Notes: generated by a model not told the origin, from the letters alone. Positions 40,200 to 52,497 are shown, numbered from the whole stretch's first letter. The stretch: 58,949 nucleotides of DNA, filler included, from Dugesia japonica (GCA_001938525.1; 5 parts of 5 records of this genome joined end to end with filler, not necessarily neighbours in it); one strand, 5' to 3'. Numbers and translations are program-made.

Positions 40200-41700
40200 T
40201 CATTTTTGCACTTCTGGTACTTCTCCACTTTTGTTGACTGTGGTTATCCCTCCTGCTGTAGGTAGTTCGTACTGTTGTGCAAAGCTGTCATACGGTTCGA
40301 AATAACAATCTCCTTCGTATGCACTTTTGGTACTGACTACACAATATAATTGGCATCTACTAGGCACCAAAATCTCTTCTGTAGTGAATACTTCATGATC
40401 TTTCACATGGGTAAAACCTTCCAGTGATTGTAACCGTAATGTTGAGAAGTTCAATATGCCATTTTTCATCAGGACTGGAAAGATGTCCGTTCCCAAAATA
40501 CACTGTTCTGCCATCTCTACTATGATCATACTGTGTTTAATTTTGTTATCTTGATATTCTACTTCACAGGCTAATTCCCCAAAAATTTTAAGACTACTTC
40601 CATTTGCCACATCCACCGTAGTGTTAGTGGGTAATATGTTTTTGTATTCTGTTATTGCGATTTCTTCTATGGATAACAACGATATTGTTGCTCCTGTGTC
40701 TAATAAAGCTGTTGTGGGTCTACCATTGATTTTAACCCTAATGGTTAATACAGGTCCGCCGTCGAAGCTTGCACATACTACCTCCGAAAGATCACGATTA
40801 GGATTAATTGGTTTTTGGATTTTCCAACTTGGTTCTCGTTCTTGGAATCTTATCCAGTCATCCCTTATCATGGGGGTTGTATTGGTAATTTTCCGACGAT
40901 CTTGATTTAGGTTAGTTTGTTCACCTCTATTAGATGAGAGTTGCTGCTGCTGGTTGGGTGTTGGTTGATTCCATTGCCGTGGTCGTTTTTTTTTAGTTAT
41001 CATTCGAGTTTTCTGATACCCTACTGGTGCATATTCCTGATTGTAGTTTTCCCGTATCATCAGTTTCCTTAAATCTAATATTCCTTCCGGGCATAGGCGT
41101 GGTAAGAGGTCCAGTCCCAATAAGCAGTCGAAAGTTAATTCATTCATTATTTGTAATTTATGCCAAAAACGGATTCCGTCACTTTCTATTGCACATATTG
41201 CTTCTCCAACGGGTGAGATTTTTTCTCCCTTAGTAATTGTTATTCGGAGTAGTCGATAATCTTCTAATATTCTCTTGTGGACTAACTTCGTACTTGCTCC
41301 GTTATCGATAATGGCTATCACCCATCTTCCGTCTATTTTTATCCTTTTTTGTAAAAATTTAGCTCTCTGAGAAATCATCATACACACGGTTTGGGTTTCT
41401 AACTTATCATCTTCAGTGATTTGGTTATTCGGAGAACGCAAGTTTTGGTTGGTCACTCTTCGGTCAATAGTCGATACATTGCTCTCTGTTAATAATGCCA
41501 TATTAGGATCTTGTGGTGGGCTTATATACGGGTTGTTGTACATAGGACCTGGTGCCCATACCTACTGTGGTGGTTGGTTCATGGGTTGCCAACCCTGCTG
41601 TGGATAGGCGTTATAGTACATTTGTGTTGGTGCTGTTGTATTTTCGCTTCCTCCGAATTTTAACGCGTTTCTCAGCCGTTGCATTTTGCTGATTTTTTCG
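40200..41700 (-). pseudogene. Tandem retropepsin-type aspartic protease domains plus post-protease beta-rich region
   Basis: ORF 40200-41543: domain 1 IAIIDNGASTKLV...CLLGLDLL, domain 2 TALLDTGATISLL...CILGTDIF, then ILVPSRCQ...YFEP as seen after PR in some Gypsy pol proteins. Confidence 0.88.
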
Positions 41701-41899
41701 TATTGTTGTCTTTTGAACTCTGCATCTTATTCCATAGCGGTTTTATAACTGAGTACATGGGGTGTTTCACTGCTTTCTCCTTTATCGTCATCGCTGCTGC
41801 TACTACCTTCATCTTTGTTCTTAAATCTTTCTTTAAATGGGCTGAAATATGATATTTTCTTTTTCGCATTGCTCATTTCTTCACAAAATAACCATATTC

Positions 41900-43890
41900 C
41901 ATTATAACTTCCTTGTCTGATCCTCTTATTTGCCCGAGTTTCCTAATGAATCGCTTTACCCTGTCAATGTCTTTGGAGTGACTATTAAGTACCATGGTTT
42001 TGGCTAAGAATGGAAATATTCCGGTTACCATCTTCCAATTTACCTTCTTTTCCCTTTTTTATATGTCAAAGCAGGCAAACAACTGAGTAATCACCACTCG
42101 AGTTACCGAAATTATTAACATAACCCCCAACAATCCTGCCATTGCCTGTCCAAATATGATGAATCGTCCCCACATTTTCCAAATGACGTTTTCTGTGGCT
42201 TTTTGAAAGTAATCTGCTGATAATAATGCGTCGTAATTTACTCGTCCGTCTATGTTAGTTCCACTGGTTAATTGCACTATATTTGATAGAATTTGCATCC
42301 TTCGGACTGGAAACAGCATATATTCCCTAGCTTTCTCTCCATCCTCCCTGCTATAGATTCCTCCTTTATTTATATCAATTGGGGTGAACTGCATACCTCC
42401 ATTTAATCGTAACATTGAGAATTTTCGTGGTTCTACTCCCACTGCCATTCGTTGCGGAAACCTTATCCATGAACTGTCCGTCATTATGTATTGTGGTTCA
42501 AATACATTAGAGCAATTTATTATATTTGGCCTATACCCCAACGGTGATATTATTAGAGTAATTGGTTGCACATATCGTTTCTCGTTGTTATGGATGATTT
42601 CTATCTCATTATAGCAATACTTTGGGTTAGTCGAAAATTTCGCATCTACGGCTTTGCATTTGTATAAGTACATTACTTTTCCTACTACTCGACCAAATTG
42701 CCCCTTTTCTAGAAAGAGCAATGGGGTGACACTATCTGGATTCGTAACTGCCATTGCTAGTTTTGTCTTTGGAATTTCTTTATTCAATGTGCAGTCATTT
42801 TGAATAAGATCGTGGTACATTCGTCCAATGGTATCTTGTATTTAATGGAATAAATTGCCCATTTTTTATTGGCATATAGATGCAATTTGATTTCTTGTGA
42901 CATTACTGCAGCTTGTGCAGTTTTTATTCGATGTTCCGATACGAATATTCCTTTATAATTTGTCTTATATACTATCTGTACACATTTTGACATAGAGTTC
43001 CCTTTAATTAAACAGATGGTATTCTCCTGTTCCGAGGACATTAACACCGTAGGAGTTCTGTGCCATTGTTGATCGTATGATCTCGGACCTAATCTTATCG
43101 TTTCCTTGAGATTATCTATCCTGTCCTTTAGATTACTCTCTTTTGGGGCTTGATCGATAGGTGCTATAGCTCGTTGTCCTTGATATTCATTGAACATTAC
43201 CTCCTTTAAGTGAGCCAACTTGCAGTCCTGATGGTCTACTTTATATGTCAGCGTTGATGTGCCTGTATTGCATGACCCGTCTGCTGCTTTACTATACGAT
43301 CTTCCTTTCATAGTCAAATCTTGAGCGCCGAAAAATGCTTCGTATTCCTTGAGTTCTACTGTATAAGTTTCAATAGCCACTGCATACTGCCATACTTTCC
43401 CTCGTATAGTGTATGTACCATATTCACAGTTACCTTTATGTGAAGATATGCTTCCTGCTGCTTCTATCGGTTGATCAATTACATGCCCTTTCTTAGCGAT
43501 AACTTGAGTCCCATGTTTGATGGCAATTTTACCTGTTGTAAATCATTCATCGCATTGTTGCCCTGTTAGATGTACGGGATGTCTCAGTGTTCCTGGATCA
43601 ATTATCGAGGTATAACTGTGATAACCACAATGAAATATAAATGTCTTTACTGTTATTGTACATTAGCGTACTTGGGCCTTATAATAATCGGACTCCTGGT
43701 ACAAGTGGTAAATAGAATTATTACGGAGTGAGATGTTTTCCGGGTTTGCGTCTGGACATTCCTCTGTATCCACCAATGAAAATACTTCCTTCCCAACTTG
43801 CATCCCATCGCAGTCGTATGCTAATATGGCTTCACTTCTGCCAATCATTAGGAATAGCAAGAGTATTGTAGTGGTTAACGCTTGCAATGA
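41900..43890 (-). pseudogene. Envelope glycoprotein, chuvirus (Jingchuvirales)-like / class III fusogen-like
   Basis: Signal peptide, then ILAYDC...SLVDTEEC, CTITVKTFIFHCGYHS, GNCEYGTY, GKVMYLYKC..V...CYNEI.I...YVQPIT, GGIYS and a TM segment (FIIFGQAMAGLLGVMLII). Cysteine and motif spacing follows chuviral G as I recall it. Confidence 0.8.
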
Positions 43891-46800
43891 GTTTCGGCCA
43901 GGCCCACATGTCCATCCATTCTCAATCTCATTTAACTGATCCCGAACAATCTTGATTACTCTAGTTGCATTTTCATGAGAGGGCTGAGGCTTCGGACATA
44001 TGGCCTAAATAAACTTTTTCCATCTTTCATGCTGTTTTATCAACGGCACTATCTTGTTCTGCATGAGCTCCACTATTGATAGTTTGCTGAGGATGAAGTT
44101 TTTTGACGGCTTACTCCTAGCAATTGAGAAGTGTGTTTGGTTTATCAAATGGGCTATGGATACTACTATCCTTCCCTTCGATGGCTGATCTTGTAATAAC
44201 TCATCCATCACTCCTTTTAAATTGTCTCTTGTGCCATGACTAGTACCTTTAGTGGCGGGAAATTTCTTAATGGCTGTTTCTATTTCTTTTGCCAATGGTC
44301 TGAGACTATCGGATAGTTGAAATTTCCCAATCCATATCTTTAATTCTGGATAAAGCATTAGCAATAGTTTCCGTATTACTACTTCAGTTGACATGTCATC
44401 ATCCGATGAACTCTCGTGGTATCTTTCTTGCGATATCGTTGCTAAACGCTTAGTTTGGTGAGTTATTGATGTTGTTAATCGTTTTTGTTTCAATGCTTCC
44501 TCCTCTCCCGGATTTCCTGGGGGTTTCGTTCTTGGTCTGCCTCTGTTACGAAGTTCAGTAATAGTTTCAGCATCTCCTCGGGTGCGCACTGGTTTTGGTG
44601 GCGCCGCTTCCTCCTCTGTTTCTATTGGATTTTCCATTTCTGTGGGGTGGTTGGTATCCATTAAATCATTCATTACTGAGGATGGCAATTATTTTGCTAT
44701 TCTACTCAATATTGGTGATAATGTTTGTTCTTCTAATATATCTTCCTCGTCTAAGTCTACCTTACTAGGATAATATTTCTTGCTTTGATTGGGCTCTTTG
44801 GCTTTCATTTTCTCCTTTTTTCTAGTTGGAGGGGAGTATTTTGTGATTTGTAACTCATTCCCGTCTTCTGTTGATTCGTCTGCCGATGGTGATCCGAATA
44901 TTTCACGTTCCCAATCTTGGCTGGTTTCTGTATTTGTAGAAATGTATTTTCACCTGTTTTATGTCCATCAAATGTTATTTCTCTTCAAACTTTATGGGGA
45001 ATCTCAGATGATCGCTTGTGATTATTTAACTTTTCTGCTGGTCGGCTATATCTAATGTTTCTATAATTTCGTCCAATTCCCCAGCTGATGTATTGTTGAA
45101 ATGTGGTATATGTATGACAGCCAATTTTGGTTCCTTCCTGGGTTTTTTATTTGGTGTCAAATATTCTATCGTGACCTGAAAATCCTCACCCTTGGCACTT
45201 GTCTTCACCGTACCAATTTACGGCTTGATTACTAATTCCCATTTGGCACGTTCTTCCTTTGCTATTTCAATATACTTTGCCAGATCCATTAGTAAATTTA
45301 ATGCCTTCCAAAACGCTGCCTTAGGTATCCTTTCCTGGAAATAACAGAAATCCGAAATTATCTTCGATATCCGCTCGGTCTGAGGGGAACTGAAAGGGCT
45401 CCACAAATTCTTGTTTAAATGGTAACAATCGGGGTTGGATGATGTCCTCCACAGTTTCTTCCTCCTTCTCATCTTCATCTGCCGCTAGGTCTGTGGTTTC
45501 ATGGTTATTATCCCGAACATGTTGATTTAGGCTTTGTTTTCTCCATATGTATTTATGAGACGTTCATTCTCTATTGGTAAAATTTCTTGTATATATCGGC
45601 TCATCATATTGAATGAGAGTTGATCGGTGTCCGGCATTTTTGGTATCGGAATGTCTATGGTCATTTTCGGCGGCGTTAGCTTGACCTCCGTGATCTCTCT
45701 TGGTTTAATATCATGCAGAAAGATATGATCCTCCTTTTTTGCTAGTATGATCATGGTTGCTCCTGCTTGTATTTTATATGATTTGATTGATTTTGGCCAT
45801 AACCATTTCTTGATCGGTTTTATTATATGGCGGATAGTTAATCCCTCCAGAGTTATCATATCTACCCTTTTTATACTTCCCTCTTTACTGAGGAGGATGA
45901 CTCTTATAGAATAGTCTGATATGGTGGATGTATTTTGTACTTCCTCTTCATATAAGGTTTTCTCTTTCCACCATTGTGCTCAAACCCACAAGCTGAGTTG
46001 TCCATAGATTGCCAAATTCTGTAAGTTATTCATCATTTTCCAATATACTTTGATATTCACTACTGGTCTAGTTTCCCGTGTTACTCTTAGTAGATCGTTG
46101 ATAGCGTGAAACGTGGCGGATTCCTCCGTTATTGGTTTCGTATAGTTCATCCGAATATCACGTATTGTTGGTGTCCCTTCCTGAAATACATCTGATTTTG
46201 TGGTAATTATTGGCAAGTTATCAATATTCTGTATTTTCTGATTTTCTTTTACTTGTTCCTTTTTACCTGCCAATACTTCGGATACGTATAATTCTGTTAT
46301 CTCTTCTATTCTCTCCTCAAGATCTGGCGATTGGTCTGTCCGTGGCTCCTCTTCTAATTCACATATTTCTCCGGGCTTTGCATGGCATTGGAATATGTGT
46401 TTGTACTCGTCGTCGGTCTCAACCAATTTGCAATTTATGAACAGAGGTACCATGTTTAGTCCTTGTTCTTGCCACATATCGGTAATGGCATCCATTAAAT
46501 CCATCATGGTTATTCCTCGTGGTTTTAATCGGCTGTATTTAGTCAGTTCTTGGTCATTTTTACCTATATTCAAATATAATTTATAGTCCTGAATTTTGGT
46601 AGTCGCCAATATTTCTTCGGCAAACTTCTGTCTAATCATGAGCCATTATTCCTCAATTTCCTTCGGTATTTCTAGCCCATCATATATGTCGTAAATTCTA
46701 TTCATTATCATCCAATATGTTTCTCGGGGTAGCTTTTCTTTTTCTGTCTGTACTCGGTTGACCATTTTCTCCACTTTACGCATCGCTACTACCTCTCTTG

Positions 46801-48220
46801 CTGGCATTTGCCGCATCCTTATCATGTTGCATTTACATTCTCTTCTCTCCAAACGTTGTTTGAGAAAATCGTTTCGCGTCATCAATAAATGTTTCCTTTC
46901 TTCCTTTGTCAGTTTGTCTTTCTTCCCTAATACTGTAGAAAAAATCTTTATTTTAATAGGTTCCACCTCTTGTTTATATAGATATTCCATTTCCCCCATG
47001 ATTTCTAGTGCCGATCTTCCAGTTTTTGTTATCCATATGTCATATTCGATGCCAGGGTGTTTGTCCAATATTACAATTACAATTTCTTCTCCTGGTTTTA
47101 CCCCAAAATCGTATAGATGTCTTTTTCTGGCATTGAAATCCACTATAGCACTTGCAGTACATAGGTATTTATCGGTTATGCATGGATAGCCTACTTGATT
47201 AAGCACCGCTTCTAGATCTTCTACCATTAATCATGTGAGTGTCAATTTCATATTTCCTTCTGGGTTATATAACCATACTTGGTAGTCTCATAATCCCCTG
47301 TTGGATATTACCAAATCATAATGCACTGGTAACCATTCTGTCCAATTGCTTTCACAATCAGTGATCAGTTGTATAACTTCCAATAATTCAACCAATCGAT
47401 TGGTCAACTTTAGGTATACATCCTTCTTTATTGTATCATGGAGTTTCTGGGCGGTTACCAGTATCTCATCAATTCGGGCTAAGGATAGTCGTGATGCTTC
47501 ATTTTGTTCCAATTCCGGATAGTTTCACTTTCTGTAATCTTTTCCGTAAGTAATTTTGAGCCTGGAGAGGAACTATTTCCTTTAAGAATGTTTCTTCGAG
47601 ATTATGATATAACTCGTCCGTTTCTGTTTCTTGAATTAATGTTTGTGGTTGGAATACCAAATCCCAATTTATCAATTTAATTATTGTAGTTTCCTGAGGT
47701 TGTGCCCCGTAATAAATTAGGTTCCTATCGTCGGGAAGAATGTTGATTCCTATATTACTTATTTGCAATCTGTGCCTATTCCACTTTCCATTCCATTGTT
47801 GCTGGGCGTTAAACGGTGGTAATTCGAGAAACGGGTTTATAGTCATATCCTTGATGCCATTTACTTCACTCCATTTTATCTCGTTAATTTCCTCTTTCAA
47901 GTGCCGTATCGTCATTCCTTTTAGCGGTAGCTTTAGTCGTTTCGGAATAACCTCGAGATTGTTATGCCATACATATTGAACTTCAAATTCGTAATCTTCC
48001 AACTTAGTTTCTTTATAAAGCTCGGTGATATAATCCGATATTGTTTTCTGCCAGTTAGCTTTTACTTTTGCGGGTACCTGTGGGTGCTGGTATAATCGAA
48101 GTAACTGATTCATCACCCGCCTTCTTCCAGTGGTTGTGTGGATGTTTCTATTGTCTTATAGATGATTTCATTGGTCCACTAGAATTCTGGTGATGTAATC
48201 AGTATTCGCTTTCGAGTATC
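43891..48220 (-). pseudogene. Inter-gag/env polyprotein region with repeated ubiquitin-like modules, acidic linkers and an AT-hook-like RGRPR
   Basis: ORF pieces 47499-48116, 47288-47512, 46646-47227, 45980-46639, 45527-45859, 45218-45478, 45026-45208 and 44005-44688; most adjacent pieces share a frame across single stops. Confidence 0.6.
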
Positions 48221-49471
48221 TTACATTTTGGTAACTTCTGTTGTTTCGTCATGTTGGTTATAAATTTGTCTATGTGTTCTAACCATATTACATTGATTCT
48301 TGTGTGGTTCGTTTAACAAGTTTCTTTTTGCCAGTCTCTCTTGCTGTACTTGCAAGTCTTGGTTTTGCCACTTGAGCCAATCATTTTCTTGTTGCACTTT
48401 GTGGTACACATTGTCAAAAGTACTTTGATGCACTAAATTGACTTGTCTCTTGTTTTGATTTACTCGTTGTCTTAATCTCTCATTTTCCTGCATTAGAGTA
48501 TCCAAATTTGTATTCGGATTCCGATTATAATTTTTTTGGTTTCCGTTCTGACATTCTTTTGCCATATAGCCTCTTCTGTTACACTTGTAACAGACCGTTG
48601 GATTTTTCAAAAAACAAGTTTCTATGTTGTAGTTGGTTCTCTTGCAATAAGTACAAAATCGGTTGTTGTTATTATTACTGCCTCTACTTCTACAACCTCG
48701 CGCAATATGCCCCTTTCTTCCACGGGAATTGCATTGTATATCTCGATTATTTTGCCAGTTATTCCGAGGTACATTAAATCCTCCACAATTTCCTCGGGGA
48801 TAGTTAGGTCTATCATTCCGGTTATTCCGTTCTTGGCCTGGGGTCAGGATTTTCATCATTGATTGCGTATTGGATATGAAATCTGATATCCGTGGTGTAG
48901 TTTCCTCTGTCTGTCCGTCTAATTTGAATATTCGTTCTGATAGTCTATCTGCTAAAATTCGCAATGTGGCCAGAGCGTCCTGTAGAGTCACTGGCTTATT
49001 CAATTTTACCATTAGTTTGGCGTTCTCGTCGCGTAATCCATTTAAAAAAATGGTGAGTACTTGACTGTATTCCAGCTTGTCTCCTAAGGCTAATTTGCCA
49101 CGCCTTTTGAGTTCCATCATATACGCTTGTGGAGTTTCTCGTCTTTGTTATTTTCGATTGGTAAATTGTTCGAAATCCTGGCCAGTCAATTTTAAATTTT
49201 GAAAATTATCGGTTAGTATTTTCACTCCCTCTTCCCATTTGTCGAGAATGGCTTCCATGCCCTTAGTGTGATCCCAGAACACCGTTTTGGCTACTCCTGT
49301 TAAGTAAGCTGGTAATCGCTTCCTTTTGGCTTCCTCGTCCCAACCACAGGTTTTGGCATACATTTCGTAATTTTGAATAAATTCATCCAGCTTTTCAGGT
49401 ATTCCGCTGAAATATTCACCATCAAATTTTATTTTCCACTCCGGTCGATGGTTTTCAGTTTTGGTTGTCAT
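48221..49471 (-). pseudogene. gag: Gag (capsid-like region plus three CCHC-type knuckles)
   Basis: FSG..EKLDEFIQNYE...WDE..K...LPAYLTGVAK.., RK*QRRETPQAYMMEL and FLNGLRD. Knuckles CNSRGRKGHIARGC, CTYCKRTNYNIETC and CYKCNRRGYMAKEC. The two ORFs are in the same frame across one TAA. Confidence 0.88.
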
Positions 49472-50319
49472 GTTGTTGTCCTTTGCTGTGTTGGTTTCTA
49501 TTTTCGGGTTTTTAGTTATAACTGGGGTGGTTTTGTTTATTTGGTTATCGTTTATTAAAGTTAAAATTTCGGTGCTTCCTTGGTTACTACCTATTATCTC
49601 TGTCTCTTCTGAGATATAACTTAGTTCGCTTAATCGGTTTTTATCCGTAGGTGGATTACTATGGGTTCGCTTCTGGATTATTCTATTTTCTTTGTCACTT
49701 GGGCTACTGTTTGAACTGATGGTAGCAATTCTTCTTTATTCTTTTCCCAGTTTTTTACTCGGCAGTAGCCAAGTTTATATTTCGAATTTTTTATTTTGAC
49801 TTTTTTATGAAATTTGGCGGTTGCCAAGAAATTTACATTTAAATTTTTTCAATTCTTATTTGTAATTTTTTAATATTAATTGTCTATTATTTTTAATTGA
49901 TTTCTTATTTTCTATACTAATATTTTTAATATAGAATACACACAATTATATACATGTATGTATGTATATACACACCCTTTCCTTTTTAAAATAAAAAAAT
50001 AAAACAATTACATTATAATTGTGTTGTAATACCCGAATATATAATTGTGTAAAAAAGGTGTATCAATTTATTAAGTATAATTTTATTACGTTTAAATCAC
50101 TTATCCAGTAAAATAAATCTAGTTTGAAATATTTAATCATTTTTTAATTCATCTATTTTAGGATAATACTCAGTCATATAGTTTCTTGGTTATATTTCTT
50201 CTGTTCTTTAGTAGCAATTTGATTTATCTGAATTGAAATATTAAAGTAATATCAAAGCAATATTCAAATCTTACTGCATTATGGATTACTGCAACTATTT
50301 TCATGATACTAAGATTGTT

Positions 50320-51500
50320 TACATTAGTATAGCTCTGTCCGATGAAATTTGAATTTCATTTTTTAATACTATAAATTATTACATATATGCAGGCATTTCC
50401 AAACTTGATATCTAATCTCACATTTCTTTGTTGGGGCAATTGACTCTGATTAATATGGATATCCGGAGCAAGTGCAAAGGTAAATAATGGATATTCATTT
50501 GTAAACTCCTCAAGTGTTATTCTACATTTCATATTCTTGTTTAGATATCTCATATTTCTAACTATTGCTTGAATGTATGATGTGTTATAATTATCATTTT
50601 CAAAGTCTAGAGTATATAATTCTCGATAATCACTGTTTTTAGATAGAGTTATAGATTTGACATTGAAATAATCGAAATTTAAGCTTGATGTTTTAAAGTG
50701 ACCATTATATCTATCTCTATTTTGAAATGTTACCAACAAAAAGTTACTAGCGATCTCCAAAGATTTGCTCCTTATAAAACGTTGAACCACCTTTGCTGAT
50801 TGCATAAGCCACAATTTTCTAGGTTTGTATTGGATGACCTGTTAGTACTGATGATTCAAGTTGAACTCTTCTAACCATTAATTTTGTATCAAGCAATAAA
50901 AATTTTGTTTCTTCAGTTGACGTTTTTGAACCCATTATATTGGCTGCTAATTTCATTCGAATGTGTATATTGACACCACGAATAAGATATTTTGGTGGAT
51001 CCATGAAATCTAGCTGCAAAGAACCACATAATGACAACGACGTTGATAATTTAATCGACTTTTGTCTGTCTTCTTTATCCTCATTACCGATTGCTGCAAG
51101 ACAAATGTTCTTACTATCTCCATTATAATTCAAAACAGTTTCAATCATAGCCTTCTGAATATGAATTTTGTTGCCACCTTCAATTTTGATATTGTTGAAT
51201 GAAAGAATAACATCTTTAAACATAGTATGAAACAAAACGTTGCTTGTTACTACATCAGACTTTTCACCCAATTCTTTTCCAAATTTTTCGACAACTTTTA
51301 CTTGTAAATACAATAAAGTATCATTCAAATCTAGATAATTAGTTTGAGATGCATATATAAAAAACTCTACATCATTTCTCATTTTGGAAATTGAATTCAT
51401 TGGAAACACATTTTCAAATGATCCATATTCAATAACACCTTGTGGAGATGGACGATCAAAAATGCATAGTTCAGATTTTCCACAAATTATTTTTCAAATA
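50320..51500 (-). pseudogene. Polinton major capsid protein (double jelly-roll), internally deleted/frameshifted
   Basis: KSELCIFDRPSPQ..IEYG, VEFFI..SQTNYLDLNDTLLY.QVKV, HTMFKDV, YLIRGVNIHIRM and C-terminal ITLEEF..YPLFTFALAPD...NVRLDIKF...IIYS, typical of Polinton MCP. Confidence 0.88.
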
Positions 51501-51599
51501 TAGTTCTATAGCCCTATTTCCGTTTGATTATACATAATATGATTGATTTCTTGAGTTTAATTACAGTGCTTTCATGATTTGTATAATTTTATGGTATTA

Positions 51600-51954
51600 A
51601 TTTGGAAAATTCGCTAGAATCTATAAAATTGTTGAATTCAGACATTGCATTTGCTTTCAATTGAGGCAAAAGTTTTCATTTATTTGAAATCACACCCTGA
51701 CCTGTTTTTATATCAATAGCTCCAATACGTCTAAAAGTAGACAAAGCTAATCAACCAATTGTTTGCAACCATCCGGAGCCATACTGTTTTCCTACAAAGT
51801 ATGGTAATTGTCCCCCAGCTTCACTAGTACTATACAATGAGATATTATCAGGATTAGACATTTTTTCGAAAAAAATTGTTAAATGAGTTTTTGAGTCTTT
51901 AGTAAAATTGATTAAATTTCCGTTATCAACTATAACTTTAGTAAATTTCGCCAT
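51600..51954 (-). pseudogene. Polinton putative virion core protein
   Basis: GGQLPYFVGKQYGSGWLQTIG resembles the F.G...Q.G.G motif of small Polinton/adintovirus core proteins found between ATPase and MCP. Confidence 0.6.
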
Positions 51955-51979
51955 TTATAAATGAAATAAGAAATTAAGT

Positions 51980-52495
51980 TTATTGTTTATATACGGTAAC
52001 ACCGTTTGGATCGAAAATATCAGTTCTCACTATAGGTTCATCTGAAAATTGTTGTTTAAAGTCTATAAAAATATATCCATGAAGATTTACTGTTGCATCT
52101 TTGAATGAATCCAAAGGAAATTGCGTATTTTTTGGAAATGCTTGTCTTGCAAGAAAAGCAACAGCTGTTTGATCTCTTGACTTTTTAAATATAACCAAGT
52201 ATTGTACATTTAAATTCCGAGTTCTATGTCCACCTCCTTGATGGAATATATTCCAAGTAATAAATATTACAGTCACATTACAATGTCTTGATATCTTCGT
52301 GAATAAATTTTTTAAGTGATTTTCCTTGTTTGCTTCCTTGTATAAATCATCAACAACAATCACATTACCTTTAGTTATTCTCTTGCTCAAATTCTCATCG
52401 AAACCGTTTATAATTTTCATTATTGTATCACAGAATTCAGAATGAGTTATTCCACGTTCTTCATCAGCTTCTCAATGCATATATTATGTTAAACT
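51980..52495 (-). pseudogene. Polinton FtsK/A32-like DNA packaging ATPase (Walker A half lost)
   Basis: VIVVDDL (Walker B), NLFTKISRHCNVTVIFIT.NIFHQG...RT.NLN.QYLVIFK..RD, HGYIFID and VRTDIF. Confidence 0.92.
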
Positions 52496-52497
52496 TC

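Larger units (their letters stand above)
40200..49830 (-). mobile_element. Giant env-bearing LTR retroelement (Ty3/Gypsy-like gag and protease), decayed, RT/IN absent
   Basis: Near-continuous minus-strand coding sequence broken by point stops and frameshifts, with gag, glycoprotein and two retropepsin domains. PBS-like TGGCAACCGCCAA at 49814-49826. Confidence 0.85.

Noticed and set aside
40621-49558. Plus-strand ORFs overlapping the retroelement
   Set aside because: Antisense shadows of the minus-strand coding region, with no recognisable motifs.
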